DNA of 64,000 nucleotides from a virus (IMGVR_UViG_3300021400_000468:1-64000), one strand, 5' to 3'. Positions 9,984 through 18,476 are shown, numbered from the stretch's first letter. Numbers and translations: made by a program. The notes: generated from the letters alone by a model not told the origin.

Positions 9984-10329
9984 GCCCTATAATCCTTTCC
10001 TTACCCTACCTCACCATACCAAGCCGAACCTGAGAATCCTTGCCGTACCGTACCTTGCCTATCCATACCTAACCACTCCGTGCCATAGAATCCTTACCTT
10101 GACAAACCTTACCGTGCCATGCCTAACCGAGCCGTACCACAGAATCCTCACCTTACACGACCAGACCTCACCTTACCATACTGCACCTGACCGCACCAAA
10201 CCGTCCCCTATAATCCCGACCTAACCGTACCACACCCAACCGGACCGTACCACATAACCCCAGCCTTACCAAATCCGACCCCGCCGAACCTATCCAAGCC
10301 AAATACACCAAGGCCAAACCTTAAAATCC
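9984..10329 (-). ncRNA. Array of NN-GG(Y) pentamers in six linker-delimited units; candidate guide-RNA array (VIPR/vrRNA-like)
   Basis: 62 in-register pentamers: 56 have GGN and 45 have GGY. Seven 4-nt linkers at 9989, 10033, 10087, 10141, 10210, 10254 and 10323. Begins 4 nt after the stop of a RAMP-like gene. Confidence 0.8.
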
Positions 10330-10333
10330 ACGA

Positions 10334-10912
10334 CTAGTCAATTTCTTCGATTGTCGCAGAAAAGGTTCCATATCTCGGGCGATAATCGCACAGCCCCACA
10401 TAAGGTCCGGCGTATTCCATAGCCTGAACGATGGTTTCGAGATCGATTTTCTCTTCATCATACCGAAGGGTAAAGGTGATCTCCCACCTGTCAAAACGCG
10501 GTCTCGTTCTGTTTATCCGGTTTTTCTTGATAACGACCGTCCTGGTATCTCTAAACCGATAATCGGAAATGAGCTGTTCCTTGGTCAGGTTCTCATAGTA
10601 ATTGAGTGGGATGCTCATTTCCACCACATGGCAATGATTAACAATTTCCTTCCCGTTCCGGAAATGTTTTGCTCCCGCAATCAGAGTAGCCTCTATGCAC
10701 TCACCGGGGATATACAGCCCGATTTCATCGTCCCAATACGCGCCAGCCTCCCATTCAAGGTCAGAAATAGCCCGGTAGTTTTCCTCCGTCTTTTTCTTTA
10801 CAGATGTGAGCTTCTTAAGCTCAATCGCTATGGGATGAAGCGGATTAACGGTCTTGGGGGAGTGCATGAGGAGCGGGGCGGTGCCCTTCCAAGTTACAGA
10901 CAGATGTTTCAT
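10334..10912 (-). CDS. Solitary Cas7/RAMP-like RNA-binding protein (Vipr-like)
   Basis: N-terminal strand VTWKGTAPLLMH, LYIPGECIEATL, RTRPRFDRWEITFTL and Gly-rich C-terminal AGPYVGLCDYRPRYGTF. This is the RAMP (RRM) motif order. Confidence 0.75.
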   Translation of the reverse strand: MKHLSVTWKGTAPLLMHSPKTVNPLHPIAIELKKLTSVKKKTEENYRAISDLEWEAGAYWDDEIGLYIPGECIEATLIAGAKHFRNGKEIVNHCHVVEMSIPLNYYENLTKEQLISDYRFRDTRTVVIKKNRINRTRPRFDRWEITFTLRYDEEKIDLETIVQAMEYAGPYVGLCDYRPRYGTFSATIEEID

Positions 10913-11006
10913 TTTATGTATTCCTCCTTAATTTTTTATAAATGGTTCTTCAGTTTTACAGCGAAACATATCGCCGATTTCCTTGCGGAAATGTGGTCTA
11001 TACCCC

Positions 11007-11483
11007 TTAGAGCTTTCTCCATCCGGGAAATTTCTTATCAAGCCATCTGCACAGGTCAATTTCAGACTTCTTACCGAAATTCCTGACATTGGTTTTTGCA
11101 TCTCCCTTGGCAAACTGGATCAAATCCCACACTGTTTCGCAACCAGCTTTCGCCACGCAATTATAGGTTCTCGTGGCAACCTCTTTCATGAAGAATAGGT
11201 TTATACTCTCAATCTGCGCTGATTCTTTCATATACGGAAGGGGTTCCACATCCTGAACGGGAGAAACCTCTTCGACAGCAGTAAGATCGCTTTCGTCGCA
11301 ATTCCACAGCGTTCCGTCTGGCTCCTCGACGTTGTACGTCGAAACCTTCACATACGGTTCACCTCCTTTTCTGTACTTTGCTGTGTGCGATCCGAACCCC
11401 ACGATCTTCCCGGTCACGATGGCGCCTTCCTCCGGAGTGAATGCCACTTCCTGACCGCGCCTGAAAAGGTACTTCTTGATCAT
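11007..11483 (-). CDS. SH3/KOW-like domain fused to an RNA polymerase alpha-CTD-like domain
   Basis: C-terminal IESI...TRTYNCVAKAGCETVWDL...VRNFGKKS matches the alpha-CTD pattern (VRSYNCLKRAGI.TV.DL...VRNLGRKS). Confidence 0.7.
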   Translation of the reverse strand: MIKKYLFRRGQEVAFTPEEGAIVTGKIVGFGSHTAKYRKGGEPYVKVSTYNVEEPDGTLWNCDESDLTAVEEVSPVQDVEPLPYMKESAQIESINLFFMKEVATRTYNCVAKAGCETVWDLIQFAKGDAKTNVRNFGKKSEIDLCRWLDKKFPGWRKL

Positions 11484-11626
11484 TTCCTGTTGGCCTCCTT
11501 TATGATTTTCTTCACCGCCTCGCACGGTGTAGGATCGCTGTAATGCTCTGCGTTTCTGGTATCAATTGATACCTCGCGACGGATTCCAGAACGGCGAAGC
11601 TCGCGCTGTCTCTTGCGGTTTCTCAC
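11480..11626 (-). CDS. 48-aa basic protein (not in ORF track)
   Basis: GTG start after GGAG, MRNRKRQ...RNAEHYSDPT..., stop overlaps next ATG (ATGA). Confidence 0.55.
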   Translation of the reverse strand: MRNRKRQRELRRSGIRREVSIDTRNAEHYSDPTPCEAVKKIIKEANRK

Positions 11627-11639
11627 TGTACAACTCCAA

Positions 11640-12083
11640 TCAGCTTTTCAATCCTGATCCGTTCCCAAAATCGGGAAATCCAGACTCACGGTTTTCGATA
11701 TTCCGGAGAGCCAGATACACGGTGGGATCAGAGTACCCTTCAGCATTTCTGGAACCGTTGTCAGCCTCATCGTTTTCAACTGTGTTTGACTTCGACCCTA
11801 TTCTCAGGCATTTATGACCGCATCCCGGGCAATGATCCCATCTTTCTCGCCTCGGCTGGCCCACGTTCTGTGTTTCGAATCCGCATTTCGGGCAAACCAT
11901 GTAGGGGATACCACAGTCATTCCTGACCTTCCAGACGAAGGGTCTCTCTTCTGATTCGCCGGGAAAATCCTTGATCGTTTTCGCGGCGTCCAAAAGGACC
12001 TGCCGTTCCTTTTTTGTTTTGGCGAAATCGGCCATGTCAAGGAACAGATCAGCAACAGCTTCAGCATCAATTAGTTTCTTCAT
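11640..12083 (-). CDS. Zinc-ribbon phage protein
   Basis: CPKCG...CPGCG and RNAEGYSDPT motifs. Confidence 0.55.
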   Translation of the reverse strand: MKKLIDAEAVADLFLDMADFAKTKKERQVLLDAAKTIKDFPGESEERPFVWKVRNDCGIPYMVCPKCGFETQNVGQPRRERWDHCPGCGHKCLRIGSKSNTVENDEADNGSRNAEGYSDPTVYLALRNIENRESGFPDFGNGSGLKS

Positions 12084-12362
12084 TTCCCCACCTGCATATA
12101 TATCTATGTGCTACTCGCGGCTCCTCAGACCAAGCTCTCCATCGAACGTTATAATCCCGATAAAGCCCTTCCACCTCTTTCCCTTCTCTAACCGAGAAAA
12201 CGATCATTAAGACGTTATCATCCTCTCTTATCAGTTCACATTTGAATAACGCCGGAATCACCTCGGACTTGTCTTTATCTTCCAACCAAACCGGGCCGGG
12301 GAAATCAGGAATCTCACTGAAAGAAAGAACTTTCACCGGAATTTCACAAGGACTCATAAACC

Positions 12363-13127
12363 TCACCACCTGCTTCCCGCACTGAAATACACGCCATCGC
12401 TTCTTTTTGGAGCATACTCCCCAAAGTATTGCTTCTCCCCTTCGATCCTTGCGTTTACTGCATCATCGAAATTGTTAAACGATCCAAGATAATGCGTTTT
12501 TCCGTTTGCTTGGATTTCTGCATACCACTTTCCGCGTCTTTGATCATAGCGCACACCGGTGAATCCTGACGTATTATCTACCCGCATACTTGTATTTTTC
12601 ATATTATCCGCATGACGGCAAATCCTGAGATTGGATTTTCTGTTGTTCAGCTTATTGTGATCGATATGGTCAACGCACAGCCCTTTTTCATAATCGCCTA
12701 TAATGAGCCGATGAAGCAACGGCGAAGTACCGTCCCGATAAATATTTGTCTGCGGATAACCCATTGCATTGATGTGCCATGTTTTCCCCACGACCTTGCT
12801 CAGATCTTCCGCGTCAATTATAAATTCAATCCCTTGTGCGGTCTTCCCGATTGCAATATCATCTTTTACGATGAACGGCGTTTCCCGTTTGTTCGCTACA
12901 CTGGCAGCTTCCTTTTGCAAGCATCCGCATGACAATGTTGTGCCAGCCACAAGGTTTTCGGAGCGAACGACCGTCTGTTTTCCACAATCGCAAACGCATA
13001 ACCATCGTGTCCTTGGTCTGTGGGTTTCCGTGCGCTGAGAGTTTGCCACTCTTTCCAACACCGTAAGCCGACCGAATTTCTGCCCTCGCAAATCTTTGAA
13101 CTTTGCCACTTTACTGCTCCTTCCCAA
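12363..13127 (-). CDS. HNH-AP2 homing endonuclease
   Basis: DLRGQKFGRLTV/WLCVCDCG/SCGC N-terminus, VDHIDHNKLNNRKSNL HNH, NTSGFTGV...KWYAEI...YLGSF AP2. Confidence 0.9.
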   Translation of the reverse strand: MGRSSKVAKFKDLRGQKFGRLTVLERVANSQRTETHRPRTRWLCVCDCGKQTVVRSENLVAGTTLSCGCLQKEAASVANKRETPFIVKDDIAIGKTAQGIEFIIDAEDLSKVVGKTWHINAMGYPQTNIYRDGTSPLLHRLIIGDYEKGLCVDHIDHNKLNNRKSNLRICRHADNMKNTSMRVDNTSGFTGVRYDQRRGKWYAEIQANGKTHYLGSFNNFDDAVNARIEGEKQYFGEYAPKRSDGVYFSAGSRW

Positions 13128-13968
13128 TCGAGAAATAAATGCCGTCTATCTCATACGCCGGAATCGGACTCCATTCTCCCCAATCGTGATAGTGTCCCTT
13201 CCGGAAATACTGCGCGGGCCAGACCGGACCTTCGTAAAATCGTTCTTCACAAAATGCTTTGCACCACGCAAGGCCGTCCGAATCATACTCAATTTCCCAA
13301 ACACCCGGATATGTACTGAACGTATAGGAGCCGTCCTCGTTGACATGGGAAAGCGTTTCAAACAGCGTTCCGCCGTGCAAATCCCACAGCCCGAGCATTG
13401 CGTCACATCCCGCTTCGCATAGCGTCAGATTCGGTTGCCAGAACTCCCGGTAGAATATCTTGGCAAACAGATCCAGCTCCCACGCTTCAGCGCCATGTCC
13501 GTCCCAGCCCCAAATGGTAGTGCAGAGATTCCAGTCCACGCCGCCAGGGTCAATACCCTCCGGGGGGTGGACAACCATATTGCCGGATTCGGTAAAATGG
13601 TCATCATCAACCATTATGTTGACTTCACCGGAATGGTCTTCCCAGACCAGCTCTGCACTATCCGGATCCCACCAATCAGGAAGTGGAACATCGTCTTCAG
13701 ACCAGACACGGAGCATAGTTCCAACTTCTGAAGCCGCTACTTCACATCCATACTGAGGAACAATCACAGCAGTTGAATCCTCTCGTCCAACACCGAAAGA
13801 CGGAAGAATGATATCGGCTTGCACCTCTTCTGCTGGACGCAGGGTAATGGTTTTCCGAACCCATCTCACAGCATCCACAGTCCCACGAATCAGACCATAC
13901 AGGGCAAGGACTATCAGAATCACCAGCACCGTATAAATTTTGATCTGTTCTTTGTCTCTTCTCTTCAT
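13111..13968 (-). CDS. Membrane-anchored protein with divergent SleB/Hydrolase_2-like domain
   Basis: N-terminal TM helix. ELDLFAKIFYREF and YFRKGHYH.WG...IDGIYFS resemble SleB-type motifs. Confidence 0.5.
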   Translation of the reverse strand: MKRRDKEQIKIYTVLVILIVLALYGLIRGTVDAVRWVRKTITLRPAEEVQADIILPSFGVGREDSTAVIVPQYGCEVAASEVGTMLRVWSEDDVPLPDWWDPDSAELVWEDHSGEVNIMVDDDHFTESGNMVVHPPEGIDPGGVDWNLCTTIWGWDGHGAEAWELDLFAKIFYREFWQPNLTLCEAGCDAMLGLWDLHGGTLFETLSHVNEDGSYTFSTYPGVWEIEYDSDGLAWCKAFCEERFYEGPVWPAQYFRKGHYHDWGEWSPIPAYEIDGIYFSIGKEQ

Positions 13969-14008
13969 CTTCTGCTTACTCCTTCCAGATCTTTGATTTT
14001 GAACGAAC

Positions 14009-14539
14009 TCACGCACTTTTCTGACGGAAAATCCTGAAACCATACACCTTGGCGATATCATCCCCAAGCCGTCTCGTAATTCTGGTGATATCGGCCCTCG
14101 TTGCGGTTCCTCTGAAAATCTTCTCTTTCAGATTTTCCCGCTGTTCCTCGGAAGTCCCATCCTTATATACCCGGTACAGGTACCGATTGGTTCCATCATG
14201 ATGGGAAGCTTCACACCGGAGATCTCCAAGTTCATCCACATACCACTCATTGATGTCACAATCGGAACAAAGACAATCGGAAATATTCCCCGACTCGATT
14301 TCCTTATACCCGCTGCATCTTCCATCCCACAGTCCAAGATCCGCAATCACCAGAATCGGCTGGGATAACCGGACATTCAGATTCAAGCGCTCATCTTCAA
14401 GATATTCGGAGTTGATCTCATACATCTGCCGATATCTCTCATCTTCCGAGAAATCCGGATCCGGGAACACATCTTCCAGATACTCCCGCCAATCTTCATA
14501 GCAAAGATCCCGGTCGCTCCAAATGACATGTTTCTTCAT
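14009..14539 (-). CDS. Conserved hypothetical phage protein
   Basis: IADLGLWDGR and HHDGTNRYLYR motifs. First gene after promoter copy 2. Confidence 0.6.
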   Translation of the reverse strand: MKKHVIWSDRDLCYEDWREYLEDVFPDPDFSEDERYRQMYEINSEYLEDERLNLNVRLSQPILVIADLGLWDGRCSGYKEIESGNISDCLCSDCDINEWYVDELGDLRCEASHHDGTNRYLYRVYKDGTSEEQRENLKEKIFRGTATRADITRITRRLGDDIAKVYGFRIFRQKSA

Positions 14540-14642
14540 ACGCAAACCCCTTTCATCAACAATCTTTGTTTCTGATTTGATCTTTCGCTTTCCTTTCGGA
14601 AAGTAAAGGGCAATTTCAAAGGGGAACCATCCCCACAACTAT

Positions 14643-14671
14643 ATTATACCACAATGTTTGACGATTGTCAA
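14643..14671 (-). promoter_or_regulatory. Promoter repeat copy 2
   Basis: TTGACA-17-TATAAT, TTGAC-N4-GTCAA palindrome. Confidence 0.85.
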
Positions 14672-14699
14672 TAAAAGAGATAAAATTTATTGTACTTTT

Positions 14700-14963
14700 T
14701 TATTCCTCAGATATTCCGAACTCCTTGACCGGATCAATCTCCACAAACCGAGGCTGTTCACCGGAATCCGTTACAACGGGATTCATCCAGCCGCTGATCG
14801 GTCTGGCCCATACGGTGGCCTCGTCATCGGCGAACTTCCGGTAGATCACATATTCTTCATCCGTCTCTGTGTTTCGGGCAATCTCAAGCACGAGATAATA
14901 GTTACCCTTGAAATGTCTGTAAATCTTATCTGCTTCAGGTCTCATTCTGTTTTCTCCCTTCAC
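14700..14963 (-). CDS. DUF1653-family protein
   Basis: YRHFKGNYY...A.NTET.EEYVIYR...WARP. Confidence 0.85.
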   Translation of the reverse strand: MKGENRMRPEADKIYRHFKGNYYLVLEIARNTETDEEYVIYRKFADDEATVWARPISGWMNPVVTDSGEQPRFVEIDPVKEFGISEE

Positions 14964-16288
14964 TCCATCTGTTCTGACGTAAGGTTGGTAAACCGCGTAT
15001 ATTTGCCAATCCAGCCCAGCTTCACGCGGTCGGTAGTTCCATGTCGGTTCTTGGCGATAATCACCTCGGCTACAGGATGATCACTATGTTCCGCATTATA
15101 ATAATCATCCCGGTAAAGGAACATGACGATATCGGCATCCTGCTCTATCGCTCCGGAATCCCGAAGGTCGGACAGCATCGGCCTCTTATCGGTCCTGGTT
15201 TCGGGACCTCTGGACAACTGCGCACAACATACAACAGGGACCTCAAACTCCTTTGCCATCAGCTTAAGAGCCCGTGAAATATCCGCCACTTCCATCACGC
15301 GATTGTCCGTTTTTCTTTCCCCCTGTACCAACTGAAGATAGTCAATCACCACCAGACCGAGGTTCTTAACTTTTCGGAGCTTGGACTTCATACTCGACAC
15401 GGTTATGCCGGGGGTATCATCGATCAGGATCGGAAGCTCGGACAAATAGGAACTGGCATGAGCTACCGATCTCCAATCCTCATCTGACAGCTTTCCGGAT
15501 CGCATTAAAATTGAATCCACCTGAGCCTCTGAGGACAGCATCCGATTGATAAGCTGTTCGGTGGACATTTCAAGGCTGAAGATGCACACGTTCTTCCCAC
15601 TTTGCTTTGCCGCTGACGTTACAATATTCATGGCAAATGCCGTTTTACCCATGCCGGGACGAGCACCTACCAGAACGAGGTCGGATTTTCCCATTCCTAC
15701 AATCAGATCATCAAGAACGGAAAAACCGGTTTTCACATATCCCAGCGCTTCAGGATTGGTCGATATCAGTTGCAGATGCTCATAGGCGGTCAGCAAAGCT
15801 TCCTGAATCTGCACAAAAGAACGGTTCTCCCTCTTCTGGGAAATCCCATAAATCCTACGCTCCGCAAATTCCATGAGCATTTCCGAGGTATCCTCCCCGG
15901 AATAGCACGCCTCGGAAATATCATCGGCGGCTTTAATCAGGGAGCGAAGAACGGAACGATCTCCAACTATCCTAGCATAATCAACCGCATTGGCAGAGGT
16001 CGGGACCATCTCCACCAGAAGTTTCAGATACTCACGCCCACCGGATTCATTGTACACTCCCTCCTGAGTTAACTCATTGATGAGCGTTACAACGTCGATG
16101 TTCTTTGACTTGAGGAACATCCTTTTCATGACACTCCAGATTTCCTGATGCTCATGAACATAGAAATCCTCTTCCGTCACCAGATCGGAAACGGTTTCAA
16201 TGCACCCCGGATCGATCAAAGCCGATCCAATCAAGGATTGCTCCGCCTCCATCGAATAGGGCATTGCCCTCTCAAACACTTCAGCCAT
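14960..16288 (-). CDS. dnaB: Replicative DNA helicase
   Basis: EAEQSLIG, GARPGMGKT Walker A, FSLEMS, VIDYLQL, DLRDSGAIEQDAD, IIAKNRHG. Confidence 0.97.
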   Translation of the reverse strand: MAEVFERAMPYSMEAEQSLIGSALIDPGCIETVSDLVTEEDFYVHEHQEIWSVMKRMFLKSKNIDVVTLINELTQEGVYNESGGREYLKLLVEMVPTSANAVDYARIVGDRSVLRSLIKAADDISEACYSGEDTSEMLMEFAERRIYGISQKRENRSFVQIQEALLTAYEHLQLISTNPEALGYVKTGFSVLDDLIVGMGKSDLVLVGARPGMGKTAFAMNIVTSAAKQSGKNVCIFSLEMSTEQLINRMLSSEAQVDSILMRSGKLSDEDWRSVAHASSYLSELPILIDDTPGITVSSMKSKLRKVKNLGLVVIDYLQLVQGERKTDNRVMEVADISRALKLMAKEFEVPVVCCAQLSRGPETRTDKRPMLSDLRDSGAIEQDADIVMFLYRDDYYNAEHSDHPVAEVIIAKNRHGTTDRVKLGWIGKYTRFTNLTSEQME

Positions 16289-16296
16289 GACTCACC

Positions 16297-16755
16297 TCAG
16301 AAAGGCAGTTCCTCATCTTCACCCAAATCCTCAAAATGAGGGGTATAGGTTCCTTCACGGCTGTCGGCAGATACTTCCGACTGAACGGACTTACCCTCTT
16401 GTCCGACATTTTCGGTGGCATTCTGAGAGGCCCCAGAACCCTTTTTACCGGCAAATTCAAACCGGTCAAGTTCATACTTATGGGACTCCCGTTTCACCCC
16501 ATTCTTATCGGTATACAACTCCGTACGCACCCTCGTGATGATATTCAACCGCGTACCCTTCTCACAGGTGGAGGAAATAACCTCAGCAAGACGGCCCCAT
16601 GCCACAACGGTAATGAAATCACTTTCCCGCTTCCCCTCGGAAGTTTTATAATCGCGAGGAATATTCATCCTCATCTCAAGAACGGACTTCCCGGCGGCAG
16701 ACGATCTGAGTTCAGGCTTATCAAGCAGATACCCGGAAAACACACAGCAGTTCAT
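16297..16755 (-). CDS. ssb: Single-stranded DNA-binding protein
   Basis: OB-fold motifs (PELR, DFITVVAWGRLAE) and acidic tail ending DEELPF. Confidence 0.92.
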   Translation of the reverse strand: MNCCVFSGYLLDKPELRSSAAGKSVLEMRMNIPRDYKTSEGKRESDFITVVAWGRLAEVISSTCEKGTRLNIITRVRTELYTDKNGVKRESHKYELDRFEFAGKKGSGASQNATENVGQEGKSVQSEVSADSREGTYTPHFEDLGEDEELPF

Positions 16756-16765
16756 TTGTTCCTCC

Positions 16766-17380
16766 TTATCCTTCCAATTCTTCATCAGTTTCTTCGTCAT
16801 AACAGGGAACAGTCTCGCTCCAGTTGGGAATCTTGTCGATCTCCAAAGGAACTCGTCCCATCTCCTTTACAGGAAAATAGCCATTCTCTGCCTTATCGTT
16901 AAGAAAGGCAAACCGCTCGGTATCAGCAAGAGGTTCCCTATGGAATCCCTGATACCAACTGAAGGTGTTGTCATCAAAATCAATGACGTAGGCAAACTCA
17001 CAGAATAGACCATCAGCAGCAAATGCAAGATCATCTACGGTTTTGAACTCCCCTTCGGTCTCACAAATTCGACGAAGAATCTCTCCACCCATATCACGGT
17101 GAAGCTCGGGCCATCTGCGTCCAAATTCTTCGGAAACATCCCAAGACACCCATCCATCATCGCGCTTTGCTCCAACCTCAACCCAACGATCCTGAAGCTC
17201 TTCCCTTGAAATAAACCTCAGATCATCGGCACGATTGCGGAGACGTTCGATGTTTCCGGGGATCCGCAGAAAATCCGCGATGATCCTTCCCTGCCCTTCG
17301 TAATAGCCATCCCACTGGCAATACTTGGCAAGGACATAGTTCCCATTCTTTTTGATGCAAGTCAGATTTCTGGTTCCCAT
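16766..17380 (-). CDS. Conserved hypothetical early phage protein
   Basis: MGTR...YCQWDGY...EFAYVIDFD. Confidence 0.6.
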   Translation of the reverse strand: MGTRNLTCIKKNGNYVLAKYCQWDGYYEGQGRIIADFLRIPGNIERLRNRADDLRFISREELQDRWVEVGAKRDDGWVSWDVSEEFGRRWPELHRDMGGEILRRICETEGEFKTVDDLAFAADGLFCEFAYVIDFDDNTFSWYQGFHREPLADTERFAFLNDKAENGYFPVKEMGRVPLEIDKIPNWSETVPCYDEETDEELEG

Positions 17381-17418
17381 ACTTTTCTCCTTTCGATCTT
17401 ATGCCACGGCTGGGCTGC

Positions 17419-18354
17419 TCACGCAGCCACAGCCTGAAGCACCAGCTTCTCAAAGTCGTCGTTCATCCAGTGGCCATTCATGAGCTGACCCCAGTTGTTC
17501 TCCTGATAGTTCTTGGTCTTGCGTCTCGGCTCATTGTGACCGGCAAGATCGGTCATGGCATTCAGAGCGCCCCATGCGGTGTCGGCAAACTTCTTGTTGT
17601 CATCCATGACATAGCACCGCATATAGTCGGCTCTCAGCTTTTCCATGCCACGCTTCACGCGATCAGAATCCTCATCCTTGATCGGGAACATCCTCCCGAC
17701 CAGCTCGTTCACCTTGTCAAGTCTCAGCGTGGTGTTCGCCATGCGATCCGCGAACTCATCCAGCGCCTCCATATACTCACCGGCAAGATCCAGAGCTTTT
17801 TTCGCCTCGGCAACCTTGGCTCCGAAATCTCCCACGTGAATCGCACTCCACGAACGCTTCGCCTGTTTCAGAGCAAAGTTCAGCGTGTTATTGCACACGA
17901 CTCTGATCGGGGTCATGCAGACCCGAATGGCTCCGGTGCCATCATGGGTGTTGGTGAAGCAGATATACGGCTCAACCTCATCCCCGGCAACCTTGGTTTC
18001 GGGCATCTTCGCCAGAAGCCAAATCTTCCTGCCACCGCCCAAAGAACCGGCAGTCTCATACCGAACGTCACCGCCCACCAGCTCATCGGTGAACTCAAAC
18101 GCATCCACATTCTGGACAATACGATACTTGTTCGACACGATACCAAGCGGCTTTCCATCCGAGCTGCGCTGATTCAGCTTATAGCCCTGAAGCTCGGTTC
18201 CATCCTCCATAAACACCGGTCTGCTCTCCACAGTCCAGTCAAGACCGGCGATATGAAGGGCATCGGCACTGGTCGGAGCTTCCTCGCACATGACACCAAG
18301 ATTGTGCCAAGGCTTTTCTCTCACATACATCATGGTTTCAACGTTTGCAGACAT
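17419..18354 (-). CDS. DUF932/DUF945 (TIGR03299-like) phage/plasmid protein
   Basis: REKPWHNLG, AGLDWTV, YRIVQN, ETAGSL.GGR, NTHDG, PIRVVCNNTL, TAWGALNA. Confidence 0.9.
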   Translation of the reverse strand: MSANVETMMYVREKPWHNLGVMCEEAPTSADALHIAGLDWTVESRPVFMEDGTELQGYKLNQRSSDGKPLGIVSNKYRIVQNVDAFEFTDELVGGDVRYETAGSLGGGRKIWLLAKMPETKVAGDEVEPYICFTNTHDGTGAIRVCMTPIRVVCNNTLNFALKQAKRSWSAIHVGDFGAKVAEAKKALDLAGEYMEALDEFADRMANTTLRLDKVNELVGRMFPIKDEDSDRVKRGMEKLRADYMRCYVMDDNKKFADTAWGALNAMTDLAGHNEPRRKTKNYQENNWGQLMNGHWMNDDFEKLVLQAVAA

Positions 18355-18447
18355 AGCAAATCCTCCTTCTCGCTTTCGCCTCTGAAATCTTTCTTTCCTT
18401 TTGGAAAGTCGAACTATTTTTTGAAGGGCTCTCGCCCTTACGAGTCT

Positions 18448-18476
18448 ATTATACCACACTTCATGACGTTTGTCAA
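18448..18476 (-). promoter_or_regulatory. Promoter repeat copy 3
   Basis: TTGACA-17-TATAAT. Confidence 0.85.

Noticed and set aside
9973-10224. 83-aa plus-strand ORF over the pentamer array
   Set aside because: Its Pro/Thr/Leu/His-rich sequence is a by-product of the 5-nt periodicity. It has no RBS and is antisense to the operon.
9984-10329. Canonical CRISPR array, simple microsatellite or mere G-quadruplex
   Set aside because: There are no 23-50-nt repeats with unique spacers. The NN positions are diverse while register and linkers are strict, unlike slippage repeats. G4 formation is possible but does not explain the linkers or the RAMP adjacency.
10928-11113. 61-aa ORF upstream of the RAMP gene
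   Set aside because: It overlaps the alpha-CTD gene out of frame and has no clear RBS, so it is probably spurious.
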